Shown: positions 1 to 9,791, counted from the stretch's first letter. The stretch is DNA of 64,000 bases from Syntrophales bacterium (GCA_963668175.1 OY764159.1:3904001-3968000), one strand, 5' to 3'. Made by a program: numbers and translations. The notes: generated by a model not told the origin, from the sequence alone.

Positions 1-2
1 AT

Positions 3-497
3 GACGCCACCCGCCTCAAGGCGATCAGCAAACTGATGATCCGGGAGGGTTTGTTTCACTCGACGAAGGCCCTGTCTCCGGAAGGCGTGTCCGTCATCGA
101 GGTGGAAAGCCCGCCGGACAAGACCAATCTCGTGCGGCTGGACGACGCCTATGGACGCAAGGAAGAACCCTACGAGGGCCTCGATTCGGTCGTACCCATG
201 ACAGATGAATGCATCATGTTTACGGCACCAGAACTTGACCGGCCGCTCGTCTATCAAATTGCAGGCGTTACCATGGTCATCGAACGCCGCAATGATCTTG
301 CGGCATTGCGGACGCGCCCTTCGGGGGAAGTCATCCTGGTCCTTGACGGCGGCCTGGTGAGCAAGAACAATGATCCTATTCTGAGTTCGGGTGACGTGGT
401 CACGATCAGCACATTTTCCTATCTGGCCGACACATTCGCTTCGCCGCAAGGTATGTCGTTCATATCGTTCCGCCGGGAGCAGAATCAAGATGCGTAG
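3..497 (+). CDS. Cupin-domain protein (mannose-6-phosphate isomerase type II C-terminal-like), 5'-truncated by the window edge
   Basis: Frame is open from position 3. FHSTKAL..IEVESPPDKTNLVRLDDAYGR resembles the cupin IEVQ..DIVR.ED.YGR signature. Stop overlaps the next ATG at 490. Confidence 0.55.
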   Translation, partial: DATRLKAISKLMIREGLFHSTKALSPEGVSVIEVESPPDKTNLVRLDDAYGRKEEPYEGLDSVVPMTDECIMFTAPELDRPLVYQIAGVTMVIERRNDLAALRTRPSGEVILVLDGGLVSKNNDPILSSGDVVTISTFSYLADTFASPQGMSFISFRREQNQDA

Positions 498-2457
498 TGT
501 GCCGGCGTCCGGTTCTCCATGGCGCGTAGGACTTGTCCAGATCAACAACAGTTTTGCCGGCGCCTGTTATCTGCCGTATGCCGTAAGTCTTCTGCAGGCC
601 CACTTTCAGCTTCATTCGGGGAAAGCCGGCGCCTTCTCATTCCTCTTGCCGATTTATCGACGAATACCCGTGGATGACGCGATCCGGCACCTGGCCGGGG
701 CCGACATCGTCGCCATCAGCGTTTCGTCCTGGAACTTCAGGGCGTCGCTGGAAATCGCCAGGCGCCATAAGGAAATTCATCCCCAGGCGTTGATCATGCT
801 GGGCGGCCCGCACATCCCCGGCAACGCGGAACCGTTGCTCAGGGCCCATCCGTGGGTCGATCTTGTCTGTCACGGCGAAGGAGAGATCCCGTTTCTCAGG
901 ATATTGGATGCCTGGCCGGAACGCCAATGGGACGACATCCCTTCCATCAGTTATCTCGAAGGGGAGCGATTCGTCAGCCGGCCGGACGAGTCCCGCATCG
1001 CCGAACTGGATTCCGTGCCGTCGCCGTACCTCGCGGGCACATTCGAGCCGTTGCTGAGGGAAGATCGAGGGCACCAGTGGCTGGCCCTTTGGGAGACCAA
1101 TCGCGGCTGTCCCTTCTCCTGCTCTTACTGCGATTGGGGGGCCGCGACGCGATCGAAGTTGTATTGTTTCGGTCTGGAGCGGCTCAAGAAGGAAATCGGC
1201 TGGTTCGCCGAGCACCGGATCGAGTTTATCTTCTGTTGCGACGCCAATTTCGGCATCCTGCCGCGGGACCTCGACATTGTCAAAGCCGTGGCCGACGCGA
1301 AGAAGACGTCCGGATTTCCCCAGGCCCTGTCGGTGCAGAACACCAAAGACTCGGACCGTTCGTTCGAAATTCAGAAAGCCCTGGCCGAAGCGGGACTCAG
1401 CAAGGGGGTCAACCTGGCCATGCAGTCGATGCATCCGGAAACACTGGCCCTGATCGGCCGCCGCAACATCTCCCCGGACGTCTTTCAGGACCTGCAACAG
1501 CGGTACAACCGGGACCGGATCGAGACGTTCACGGACATCATCATCGGGCTGCCCGGGGAAACCTACACTTCCTTCACCTCGGGGGTCGAAAAGATCATCG
1601 GCAACGGCCAGCACAACAGGATCCAGTTCATCAATCTTTCCATTCTGCCCAATGCCCCCATGGCCGACCCGGCGTACCGGCAGATGCATGGCCTCATCTC
1701 GGCGGTATCGAAGATCATCAACATTCACGGAGCCCCTGCCGACTACGGCGACGGCATTTCCGAGACGCAGGAACTGGTGGTGGGAAGCAACGCCATGCCG
1801 AAGGAGGATTGGCGGCGGGCCAGGGTCTTCGCCTGGATGACATCCCTTCTCTACTTCGATAAAATCCTCCAGATTCCGATGATGCTCCTGAAGGCCGAGA
1901 CGGGTATCGATTGCGCCAGACAGATTGAAGCGTTCATGGATCTGCCCGCAGGAAAATTTCCCCTGCTGGAGGAACTGGCCCGGTTCTTCCGGGACGAGGC
2001 GGCGGCCATACAGGAGGGCGCGCCCGAGTTCTTCCATGCCCCCGACCGCTTGGGCATATACTGGCCTCACGACGAATATGCCTATATCCGTCTGAGCACC
2101 GAAGGTAAACTGGAGGCCTTCTACAGAGAGGCCCGCCAGCGGATGGCGGAACTGGCCGTGAGCGAAGGACACCCATGCCCGCCCTGGCTTCCTGATGCCA
2201 TCCGCCTTAACGGTATGTTGCTCAAACAGCCCTTTCACAGAGACGATATCACATTCCGATCCCAGTACGATCTCCTAGGCACCTGCGACACAATCCGCCG
2301 CACGGGCGGAGGCCGTCTTATACCGGGACCGGCTTCCTACGTGGTGAACCGTTCCTCCGAGCGATGGCAGGGATGGGAGGAATGGTCGCGCGAAGTCGTC
2401 TGGTACGGCAACAAGCGGGGGGCCTACCTCTATCATTTTTCCCGAGGGGAGCAATAG
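490..2457 (+). CDS. B12-binding-domain radical SAM protein
   Basis: N-terminal YLPY..LGGPH..GEGE B12-binding-like region and ETNRGCPFSCSYC (CxxxCxxC). ATG 490 overlaps the upstream stop, so it is preferred over the ORF-track start at 391. Confidence 0.85.
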   Translation: MRSVPASGSPWRVGLVQINNSFAGACYLPYAVSLLQAHFQLHSGKAGAFSFLLPIYRRIPVDDAIRHLAGADIVAISVSSWNFRASLEIARRHKEIHPQALIMLGGPHIPGNAEPLLRAHPWVDLVCHGEGEIPFLRILDAWPERQWDDIPSISYLEGERFVSRPDESRIAELDSVPSPYLAGTFEPLLREDRGHQWLALWETNRGCPFSCSYCDWGAATRSKLYCFGLERLKKEIGWFAEHRIEFIFCCDANFGILPRDLDIVKAVADAKKTSGFPQALSVQNTKDSDRSFEIQKALAEAGLSKGVNLAMQSMHPETLALIGRRNISPDVFQDLQQRYNRDRIETFTDIIIGLPGETYTSFTSGVEKIIGNGQHNRIQFINLSILPNAPMADPAYRQMHGLISAVSKIINIHGAPADYGDGISETQELVVGSNAMPKEDWRRARVFAWMTSLLYFDKILQIPMMLLKAETGIDCARQIEAFMDLPAGKFPLLEELARFFRDEAAAIQEGAPEFFHAPDRLGIYWPHDEYAYIRLSTEGKLEAFYREARQRMAELAVSEGHPCPPWLPDAIRLNGMLLKQPFHRDDITFRSQYDLLGTCDTIRRTGGGRLIPGPASYVVNRSSERWQGWEEWSREVVWYGNKRGAYLYHFSRGEQ

Positions 2458-2461
2458 ACGC

Positions 2462-3424
2462 ATGCGCTGTCGCCCGCTGGGCAGAACGGGTATCCAAGTC
2501 TCGGAGATAGGTTTCGGTTCCTGGGGCATCGGAGGGATCGTGCAGGATGCTACCGCCTACGGCCTTACCGACGACCGCATCTCGAAGCGGGCATTGGAGG
2601 CGGCCTTCGCTGCAGGCGTGACGTTTTACGACACGGCGGCCCTGTATGGCTACGGACACAGCGAGGAACTGATCGGCGAAACGCTCCATAAAGTGCGGGA
2701 CCGTATCGTGATTTCCACCAAAGCGGGTTACGTCAATTTCGGCGGGGCTCAGGATTTCTCGCCCAAGTATCTGCGTAAATCGCTGGAAGGAAGCCTGAGA
2801 CGCCTGCAGACCGATTATGTCGACGTCTTCCAGCTCCACGACCCGCCGATCGATCTTCTGGAGCGGGACGGTTCCATCATGGATGCCATGGAAACTTTGC
2901 GCTACGAAAACAAGATCCGCGTCATCGGCATCTCCACACGATCCCCGGCGGACAGCCTGGTCGCTGTAAACCGCCTGGGATTCCAATCCATCCAGGTCAA
3001 TTTCAACCTGGTGGACCAACGGGCGTTAGAGATAGGCCTGTATCCCGCCTGCCGGGAGCAAGGCGCGGGCATCATCGTCAGGACCCCTTTGTGCTTCGGC
3101 TTCCTGACAGGAAAGTATAGCGCCGGGGACAACTATGACGAAGGGGATCATCGCAGCCGCTGGAAGCCCGAGCAGATCAGTCTATGGGCCGAGGCCAACA
3201 AACTTTTTCAAACGGCATTGACTGATCGGGAGGGACAGAACAACGTGCACGTCGCGCTTCGTTACGTTCTGTCCTTCGAGGACGTTTCCACGACGATACC
3301 CGGCATGCTGACGGAAGAGCATGTCGCCGAAAACACAATGGCAAGCGATATGGGCCCACTGCCCCCCTCCGTCCTTGCCGCATTTGCGGACATTTACCGT
3401 AATCACAGTTTCTTTTGCCGATGA
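2462..3424 (+). CDS. Aldo/keto reductase
   Basis: LGRTGIQVSEIGFGSW, FYDTAALYGYGHSEELIG and SLRRLQTDYVDVFQLH are typical AKR motifs. Confidence 0.9.
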   Translation: MRCRPLGRTGIQVSEIGFGSWGIGGIVQDATAYGLTDDRISKRALEAAFAAGVTFYDTAALYGYGHSEELIGETLHKVRDRIVISTKAGYVNFGGAQDFSPKYLRKSLEGSLRRLQTDYVDVFQLHDPPIDLLERDGSIMDAMETLRYENKIRVIGISTRSPADSLVAVNRLGFQSIQVNFNLVDQRALEIGLYPACREQGAGIIVRTPLCFGFLTGKYSAGDNYDEGDHRSRWKPEQISLWAEANKLFQTALTDREGQNNVHVALRYVLSFEDVSTTIPGMLTEEHVAENTMASDMGPLPPSVLAAFADIYRNHSFFCR

Positions 3425-3487
3425 CGGACACAGGCAGGGACATCACCCGGGAAGGCCAAAAGAAATCGAATCAAAGGGAGAAAGTCC

Positions 3488-4978
3488 ATGAAATCTCTTT
3501 TACTGATTAACCCGCCCAATTCCGACCAGATACGCTCCCCCGGCTACTATTTGCTGCCCCTCGCTCTCCTGTATCTGGCCGGCTCTGCGAGGGAAGTGGC
3601 AGATGTTACGATCCTGGACCTGAATGTTGCAAAAAGTAAATTCTTCCGTTCGAAGAAGGAAGGGACATTTTCCTATACGGGCGCAGTGGAGGAGGAAATA
3701 GTCAGGCTCAGACCCGATTTCGTCGGCATAACCTGCCTTTTTTCGGCCCAGTTCGATATGATGATGCAAATCGCCGACGCCGTCAAGAGGGCCAACCCAT
3801 CCTCGACCGTCATCCTCGGGGGCATGCATCCGACAATTTTCCCGCATGAAATCCTGTCCAACTGTCCCAGCGTCGATGCCGTCGTCATCGGCGAAGGGGA
3901 AATCACTCTGAAGCAAATGCTCTCGCTCGACGGGGATCACTGGAATCGGATCGGCGGGCTTGCCTTCAGAAACAGCAAGAATGAAATCATCATCAACGAA
4001 AAAAAAGATTTCATCGAGGACCTCGACGCACTGGCGCCGGCAGCATACGACCTGTTCAACTTCGAGGACTACATGCTCGATTCCAGCGGATGGTACAACC
4101 CCAAGAAACTGTCCATCGGAACGTCTGCACCGATTCTGACGAGCAGGAGCTGCCCCTTCAAATGCAGTTTCTGCGGGATGAACCTGGTCATGGGAACCCG
4201 TTTCCGGTCGCGAAGCGCCGAGGAAGTCTTCAAGGAAATCGAATATCTCTATTCCGTCCACAACGTCCGATACTTCAACATTATGGACGACAATTTTACC
4301 CTCGATAAGAAGAGGATCAAGAAAATCTGCCGGTACATCATCGACAACAAGCTCGATATCTCCTTCGATATGCCGAACGGCATCATGACGGCGACCCTTG
4401 ACGACGACGTTATCGATGCCCTGGCCGAGGCCGGTTTTGCCTATTGCTTCCTTGCCATTGAGAGCGGTTCTGATTACATAAGAAACACCGTCATGCATAA
4501 ACAGCTTTCAAAGGAAACGATCTTCCGCGTCGTCAATTCTTTCCGGAGACATCCCGAAGTCCACCTGGCCGCCTTTTTCCTTATGGGCATGCCGGAGGAA
4601 ACAAAAGAAACGCTGGACGAAACCTACGACCTGATAGAAGCCCTGGATATCGATTCATTCAAAATGTCCGTGGCGACACCGTTTCCCGGAACCAAGCTTT
4701 TCAATCAGTGTCTGAAGGACGACCTGTTTCTCATAGACAAGAAAAAACTCGGTTCCCTCTGGCGGGACATCAACTGGTACCAGCGAATTCTCAACGTCGA
4801 CCCGCCTTTTTTCTTCAAGCCCTATGCCGTGGATATTCCGACCCTGGAAGAATATGTCCATAAATTTGAAGCTATCAGGCATCAGAAGCATCTGATCACC
4901 GTAAGCAAAGGAAGGCAGACCCTGAGCGTAACCCAGGCCGTGGCCGACTACCGGCGGAGCAACCCCGGCGCCCCATGA
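3488..4978 (+). CDS. B12-binding-domain radical SAM protein (class B methyltransferase-like)
   Basis: LLINPP..LPLALLYLA, LGGMHPT, GEGE, TSRSCPFKCSFC, DDNF, AIESGS, PFPGT; GGGAG RBS upstream. Confidence 0.9.
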   Translation: MKSLLLINPPNSDQIRSPGYYLLPLALLYLAGSAREVADVTILDLNVAKSKFFRSKKEGTFSYTGAVEEEIVRLRPDFVGITCLFSAQFDMMMQIADAVKRANPSSTVILGGMHPTIFPHEILSNCPSVDAVVIGEGEITLKQMLSLDGDHWNRIGGLAFRNSKNEIIINEKKDFIEDLDALAPAAYDLFNFEDYMLDSSGWYNPKKLSIGTSAPILTSRSCPFKCSFCGMNLVMGTRFRSRSAEEVFKEIEYLYSVHNVRYFNIMDDNFTLDKKRIKKICRYIIDNKLDISFDMPNGIMTATLDDDVIDALAEAGFAYCFLAIESGSDYIRNTVMHKQLSKETIFRVVNSFRRHPEVHLAAFFLMGMPEETKETLDETYDLIEALDIDSFKMSVATPFPGTKLFNQCLKDDLFLIDKKKLGSLWRDINWYQRILNVDPPFFFKPYAVDIPTLEEYVHKFEAIRHQKHLITVSKGRQTLSVTQAVADYRRSNPGAP

Positions 4979-5958
4979 CGATGGAAAAGCAAGACCGAAT
5001 TCAGAACGGCCTAGACCTTTCCTTTCTTCAGGGTAAGCACGTCCTGGTAACCGGCGGTACGGGATTCATCGGACGCGGTTTTGTAGAGGCGCTGCTGAAT
5101 TCCGGGGCCAAAATCAGGATCACGGTCCACGAACAACTCTCTCCGTTCGACAGGGACCGCATTGAAACTGTCTACGCCGATCTCACGGAGCAGGAGGATT
5201 GTATCGCTGCATGCAGCGGCATGGATGTCGTCATTCATGCCGCGGGCGGTGTAGGGAACGCCGGTAACATCCGGTCCAATCTGGTTGCGTCCCTGGCGGA
5301 TAACCTCGTCATGACCGTGAGGATGCTGGAGGCCGCGTCGGAACGCTGCGAAAAAATTCTTATCTTCTCAAGCGGTACGACCGGATACCCTCCTTACGAT
5401 TACCCCGTTCGCGAAGAGGACATGTGGACGGGTCCGCCGGCACCGGTGTACTTCGGATACGGCTGGATGCGGCGCTATTTCGAACTTTTCGGCGAATATG
5501 TCGGTTCCGTTTCCCCTCTTGAAGTCATGGTTTGCAGACCTACGGCTGTGTACGGCCGCCACGACCGTTCCGGCCACATCGTCCCGGCACTTGTCCATCG
5601 CGCTTTGTCCGGCGAAAACCCGCTGACGGTCTGGGGAAGCGGCAAGGAAGAGCGCGATTTCCTCCATGTTTCCGACCTGGTGCGCGGCTGTCTGTTGCTT
5701 CTCCGCCGCGACACGTCCGTAGGACCGATCAATATCGGATACGGAAAAACAACCACGGTTGCCGACGTGGCCCGGATCGTCATGGAGGCCGCCGGACGGC
5801 CGGAAACGGATATCGTCTTCGACGAAACCAAGCCGACCACGATACCGGTCAGAGCGGTCGATTGCTCCAAAGCAGGAGAACTGCTGGGATTCGCACCGTC
5901 AATCGACCTGGTTGCCGGCATCCGCGACCTCGTCCAGTGGTACAAAACACAGATCTAA
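4975..5958 (+). CDS. NAD(P)-dependent epimerase/reductase (extended SDR, GDP-fucose synthase-like)
   Basis: VTGGTGFIG Rossmann motif, HAAGGVG, VWGSGKEERDFLHVSD; ATGA overlap with the upstream gene. Confidence 0.85.
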   Translation: MTMEKQDRIQNGLDLSFLQGKHVLVTGGTGFIGRGFVEALLNSGAKIRITVHEQLSPFDRDRIETVYADLTEQEDCIAACSGMDVVIHAAGGVGNAGNIRSNLVASLADNLVMTVRMLEAASERCEKILIFSSGTTGYPPYDYPVREEDMWTGPPAPVYFGYGWMRRYFELFGEYVGSVSPLEVMVCRPTAVYGRHDRSGHIVPALVHRALSGENPLTVWGSGKEERDFLHVSDLVRGCLLLLRRDTSVGPINIGYGKTTTVADVARIVMEAAGRPETDIVFDETKPTTIPVRAVDCSKAGELLGFAPSIDLVAGIRDLVQWYKTQI

Positions 5959-5966
5959 GGCAACCC

Positions 5967-7175
5967 ATGACTTTCAGGATTCCCTTCGGCACGATTACCA
6001 TCACGGAAACGGCCAGGCGGCTCATTAGCGAAGCGCTCGATGCAGAACGCATCTCCAGTGGCAGCCTCGTCCGGCGGTTTGAGGACAAATTCGCCGAGCT
6101 TACAGGCGTCCGCGAAGCCGTGGCGCTGAGCAGCGGTACGGATGCGGATATTCTGGCACTCGCAGTCCTGCACGATTTCGGTGCGACACGGGGCGATGAA
6201 GTCATCGTTCCCGCCCTCTCGTTCGTTTCGACCGGCGGGGCGGTCATCCATGCCGGATTCAGACCCGTGTTCGTGGATATTGAACGAGAAACGCTCAACA
6301 TCGACCCGCAGCGCATCGAAGAGGCCATTACGCCCAGAACCAGGGCCATCATGCCCGTGCACCTGATGGGTAAGCCTGCGGACATGGACGCGATCAGTGC
6401 CATCGCCCGGCGTCACAACCTGGTCGTCGTGGAGGACGCGGCCGAGGCCCACGGAGCCCGATACCGCGGCAAACAGGCCGGATGCCTCGCCGATATGGGT
6501 GCTTTCAGTACGTATGTCGCCCACATCATCACGACCGGCGAAGGCGGCGTCGTAACGACCGACCGGGAAGACTATGCCGCCGTCCTTCGTTCACTGCGCT
6601 CGCACGGACGCGCCTGCGACTGCAAGCAATGCACACTCAATATCGCTTCCGCCTACTGTCCGAAGAGATTTTCCGGCGACGGCGGCGAAGACATCCGCTT
6701 TCAATTCGAACGCATCGGATATTCCTGCAAGATGAATGAGCTGGAAGCGGCCATAGGGCTTGGAGCCATGGAACGTTACCAGGAGATTTTAACCAAACGG
6801 CATGAGAATCTGATGCATGTCCTGACGAAATTCGATCGCTTTGCACCCTTCCTGGGGACCATCCGGGAAGAACCGCATGAGACGATCGGCCCCCATGCGA
6901 TACCGATGATCGTCGGCGAGGAAGCCCCTTTCTCCCGCGAGGAGTTCACTGCGTACCTTGAACAAAACGGCATAGAAACCCGGACGCTCTTCAGCTCCAT
7001 CCCTACCCAATGCAAGGGATTTTCTTTTCTGGGCTACCGCCCGGGCGACTTTCCGCAGGCGGAATACATCGGACGCAAGGCGATCCATATCGGCTGCCAC
7101 CAGGCGCTTGGTCTTTCCGATATGGACTACGTCCTTGACGTCATTGCGGCGTTTTTACGCTCGAAGAATCTTTGA
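5967..7175 (+). CDS. DegT/DnrJ-family PLP/PMP enzyme, E1 (RfbH/AscC)-like 3-dehydrase
   Basis: SSGTDA, GDEVIVPALSF, EDAAEAHGA. STYVAHIITTGEGG has His at the usual Lys position, followed by a GRACDCKQC..YC Cys cluster. ATG 5967 lies just after the upstream stop. Confidence 0.85.
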   Translation: MTFRIPFGTITITETARRLISEALDAERISSGSLVRRFEDKFAELTGVREAVALSSGTDADILALAVLHDFGATRGDEVIVPALSFVSTGGAVIHAGFRPVFVDIERETLNIDPQRIEEAITPRTRAIMPVHLMGKPADMDAISAIARRHNLVVVEDAAEAHGARYRGKQAGCLADMGAFSTYVAHIITTGEGGVVTTDREDYAAVLRSLRSHGRACDCKQCTLNIASAYCPKRFSGDGGEDIRFQFERIGYSCKMNELEAAIGLGAMERYQEILTKRHENLMHVLTKFDRFAPFLGTIREEPHETIGPHAIPMIVGEEAPFSREEFTAYLEQNGIETRTLFSSIPTQCKGFSFLGYRPGDFPQAEYIGRKAIHIGCHQALGLSDMDYVLDVIAAFLRSKNL

Positions 7176-8440
7176 ACAAGGCTTTATCTGGACAACCAAG
7201 GATGGGCAGAATGAAGAACACCCGTAAAATGCAACTCGCATCCGCCGACAAGGCAAAACCGCTGCAGGAATGGAGCAATCAGAAACGATGGAACCCTTTC
7301 AACAGCAATAAACTGCTCGCCCATGTGGACCGTTGGAAACATATCAAACGCGGACGGCCGATCCCTCCGCCCATTCTCGTGACCGTCGATCCTACCAACA
7401 AATGCAATTTCGGATGCGTCTGGTGCAATGCCGCCTATATCCGGAGGGAACGCAACAACAGTCTTTCGGAAAGGGCCCTGATGACTATCGCCGACTTCCT
7501 TCCCCGCTGGGGGGAGGGAAACGGAATGTACGAGCCCGGCGTCAAAGCCATTTGCGTGGCCGGTGGGGGAGAACCCTTCCTCAATGCAGCCACAGCGCCC
7601 TTTATAGACCGCGTGATCGACAACGGCATTGAAGTAGGCGTCGTTACCAACGGCAGCATCATGGAGCATTACGTAGATACATTGTCGCGCTGTACCTGGG
7701 TGGGCGTATCCGTCGACGCCGGCACAAGCAGGACGTTCGACATACTCAAGAATCTTTCCCCCAAGCAGGATACGTTTAAGAAAGTTCTCCACAATATTGC
7801 GACCGTAGCCGATTACGCCCGGAGGCACAAAAATAAACTGGGCTGGGCCCATCCTGCCTACGGTGTGAGTTACAAATACCTCCTCTACAAGGAGAACATC
7901 GGGGAAATCTACGAAGCCACGCGTCTTGCCAAAGAAATCGGCTGCAAGAACATCCATTTCCGGCCGGCCGGCACCCCCTGGGACCAGATCGCTGCGGGGA
8001 ACGAGATCACCTTTACGAAGGATGAGATAGGATTGTTTCAGGAACAGATCGCCAAGGCGATGGAACTGGACGGGCCGTCATTCGGCGTTTTTGGGATTAC
8101 CCATAAATTCAACGACCAGTTCGCCCGCTCGAACGAATTCAACGCCTGCTACGCCATTTTTATGACGGCGGTCTTCATGCCACCGAAAAAAACCGGAAAG
8201 CGGGAAGATACATTTGTCATGGGCCTTTGTTGCGACAGGAGGGGCGATAGCCGGCTTGAACTCCTGACGGACGAAGACGATGTACAGCTTATCGGAAGGG
8301 CCTGGGGCGGCAAGCGCCACTGGGAGATCCATGACGCCATAGACATCTGTAAGGACTGCCCCCGCTGCACTTACCAGCCGCACAACCAGATTTACGAACA
8401 GGTCATCCTCAACGACAGTATGACTTACAAATTCATCTAA
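7172..8440 (+). CDS. Radical SAM protein with C-terminal Cys-rich (SPASM/twitch-like) region
   Basis: DPTNKCNFGCVWC, GGGEP, VVTNGS, GVSVDAGT; C-terminal CY..CCD..CKDCPRC. Start is uncertain (TTG 7172 or ATG 7202/7211). Confidence 0.85.
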   Translation: MNKALSGQPRMGRMKNTRKMQLASADKAKPLQEWSNQKRWNPFNSNKLLAHVDRWKHIKRGRPIPPPILVTVDPTNKCNFGCVWCNAAYIRRERNNSLSERALMTIADFLPRWGEGNGMYEPGVKAICVAGGGEPFLNAATAPFIDRVIDNGIEVGVVTNGSIMEHYVDTLSRCTWVGVSVDAGTSRTFDILKNLSPKQDTFKKVLHNIATVADYARRHKNKLGWAHPAYGVSYKYLLYKENIGEIYEATRLAKEIGCKNIHFRPAGTPWDQIAAGNEITFTKDEIGLFQEQIAKAMELDGPSFGVFGITHKFNDQFARSNEFNACYAIFMTAVFMPPKKTGKREDTFVMGLCCDRRGDSRLELLTDEDDVQLIGRAWGGKRHWEIHDAIDICKDCPRCTYQPHNQIYEQVILNDSMTYKFI

Positions 8441-8463
8441 AACCGAGCTTCGCGGGATTGCCA

Positions 8464-9789
8464 ATGAATATATCCGTTATCGGACTTGGAAAGCTGGGAT
8501 TCTGTACGGCGGCCTGCTTCGCCGCCAAGGGCCACCGCATAGCCGCCTATGACACCAACCCGGAGATCCTCGCCGCCCTCAAAGAACGACGGAATCCCAT
8601 AGCGGAAACCGGGCTTGACTATTTATTAGCGAAAGCATGGCCGCATCTTGCCATCGCCGATAAGATAGAAACGGCTGTGGACCAATCGGAGATCACGCTG
8701 ATCATCGTTCCCACCCCAAGCCTGGCGGACGGCCGTTTCTCCAATGAGTACGTTGAGGCGGTTTTGCAGACGCTGTCGCCGGCGCTTAAACAAAAAAAGG
8801 GTTTTCACGTCGTCACCGTTGTATCGACGGTCATGCCGGGTACTTGCTCTAAGCATTTCATACCCTTGCTGGAGGAATGGACGGGAAAACGGTGCGGTGT
8901 CGATTTCGGCCTGGCCTACAACCCGGAATTCATTGCCCTGGGTTCGGTGATCAGGGATTTTCTCAATCCCGACATGGTCCTGATAGGCGCCTCGGACGAC
9001 AAGTCGGCCGCGATGCTTCATGAGCTTTATACGACGACCTGCGACAACCGCCCGGCCATTCGGACGATGTCCCTCACTAATGCCGAAATTACAAAACTCA
9101 GCCTGAACTGTTTCCTGACCTTAAAAATCAGCTTTGCCAATGAACTGGCATCGATCTGCGAGAAAATGGATGGTTCCGATATCGATGTCATCACCGCCGC
9201 CATCGGCTCCGACAGCCGGATCGGGGGCAAATATCTCAAGGCCGGACTCGGTTTCGGAGGTCCGTGTTTTCCCCGGGACAACCTGGCCTTCCAAAACTTC
9301 GCTAACAACATCGGCCGGCCGTACAGGATTGGTCCGGCGGTCATGGAGATCAACGACGATGTCGTTCACCGCTTGCTGGTCATGGTGAAAAAGGCCGCCC
9401 CGCCTGCTTCCAGAATCGCTGTCCTGGGCCTGGCTTATAAACCGGGTACACCTGTCGTCGAGCAGTCCCAACCGGTCATTCTGGTTAATGCGTTGCTCGG
9501 TGGAGGCTATGAGGTAGCGGTCCACGATCCCCAGGCGCTGCCGTCCGCCCGCGACATCCTTGACAGTCGAATCGATTGCTGCAGCGATCCCTACGACTGC
9601 GTCAAAAACGCGCGGCTCATCCTCCTCATGACCCCCTGGCCCGAATATGTTTCCATGGATTTTGATCGGGTCCGCGATCTGGCCGCACCCGATGCCGTGC
9701 TCATCGACTGCTGGCGCTCCCTCGACACGTGCCGGACAGTGGGAATGCGCATCATTCCCTTCGGGTATCCCGAAGCAAGGGAGATTTGA
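8464..9789 (+). CDS. UDP-glucose/GDP-mannose dehydrogenase family protein
   Basis: VIGLGKLG, IIVPTPS, STVMPGT, YNPEF, KISFANEL, GFGGPCFPRD (catalytic Cys), LGLAYKPGT. Confidence 0.92.
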   Translation: MNISVIGLGKLGFCTAACFAAKGHRIAAYDTNPEILAALKERRNPIAETGLDYLLAKAWPHLAIADKIETAVDQSEITLIIVPTPSLADGRFSNEYVEAVLQTLSPALKQKKGFHVVTVVSTVMPGTCSKHFIPLLEEWTGKRCGVDFGLAYNPEFIALGSVIRDFLNPDMVLIGASDDKSAAMLHELYTTTCDNRPAIRTMSLTNAEITKLSLNCFLTLKISFANELASICEKMDGSDIDVITAAIGSDSRIGGKYLKAGLGFGGPCFPRDNLAFQNFANNIGRPYRIGPAVMEINDDVVHRLLVMVKKAAPPASRIAVLGLAYKPGTPVVEQSQPVILVNALLGGGYEVAVHDPQALPSARDILDSRIDCCSDPYDCVKNARLILLMTPWPEYVSMDFDRVRDLAAPDAVLIDCWRSLDTCRTVGMRIIPFGYPEAREI

Positions 9790-9791
9790 GT

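Noticed and set aside
637..2238. Long antisense or alternate-frame ORFs (e.g. 637..2238, 12652..13839, 23814..24929, 38373..39488, 42101..43174, 52538..53551)
   Set aside because: They overlap well-supported genes, lack recognisable motifs, and are expected shadows of GC-rich codon usage.
3999..4006. Homopolymer tracts as phase-variation switches (A8 here, A7 before 25197, C7 at 49554)
   Set aside because: The tracts are short, the genes are in frame, and the C7 run is part of the terminator stem.
5532..5966. N-terminal extensions in the ORF track (391, 5532, 9729, 17469, 18434, 35460, 54445, 54984, 62554)
   Set aside because: They overlap upstream genes or promoters. Downstream ATGs with an RBS or stop-start coupling match where family similarity begins.
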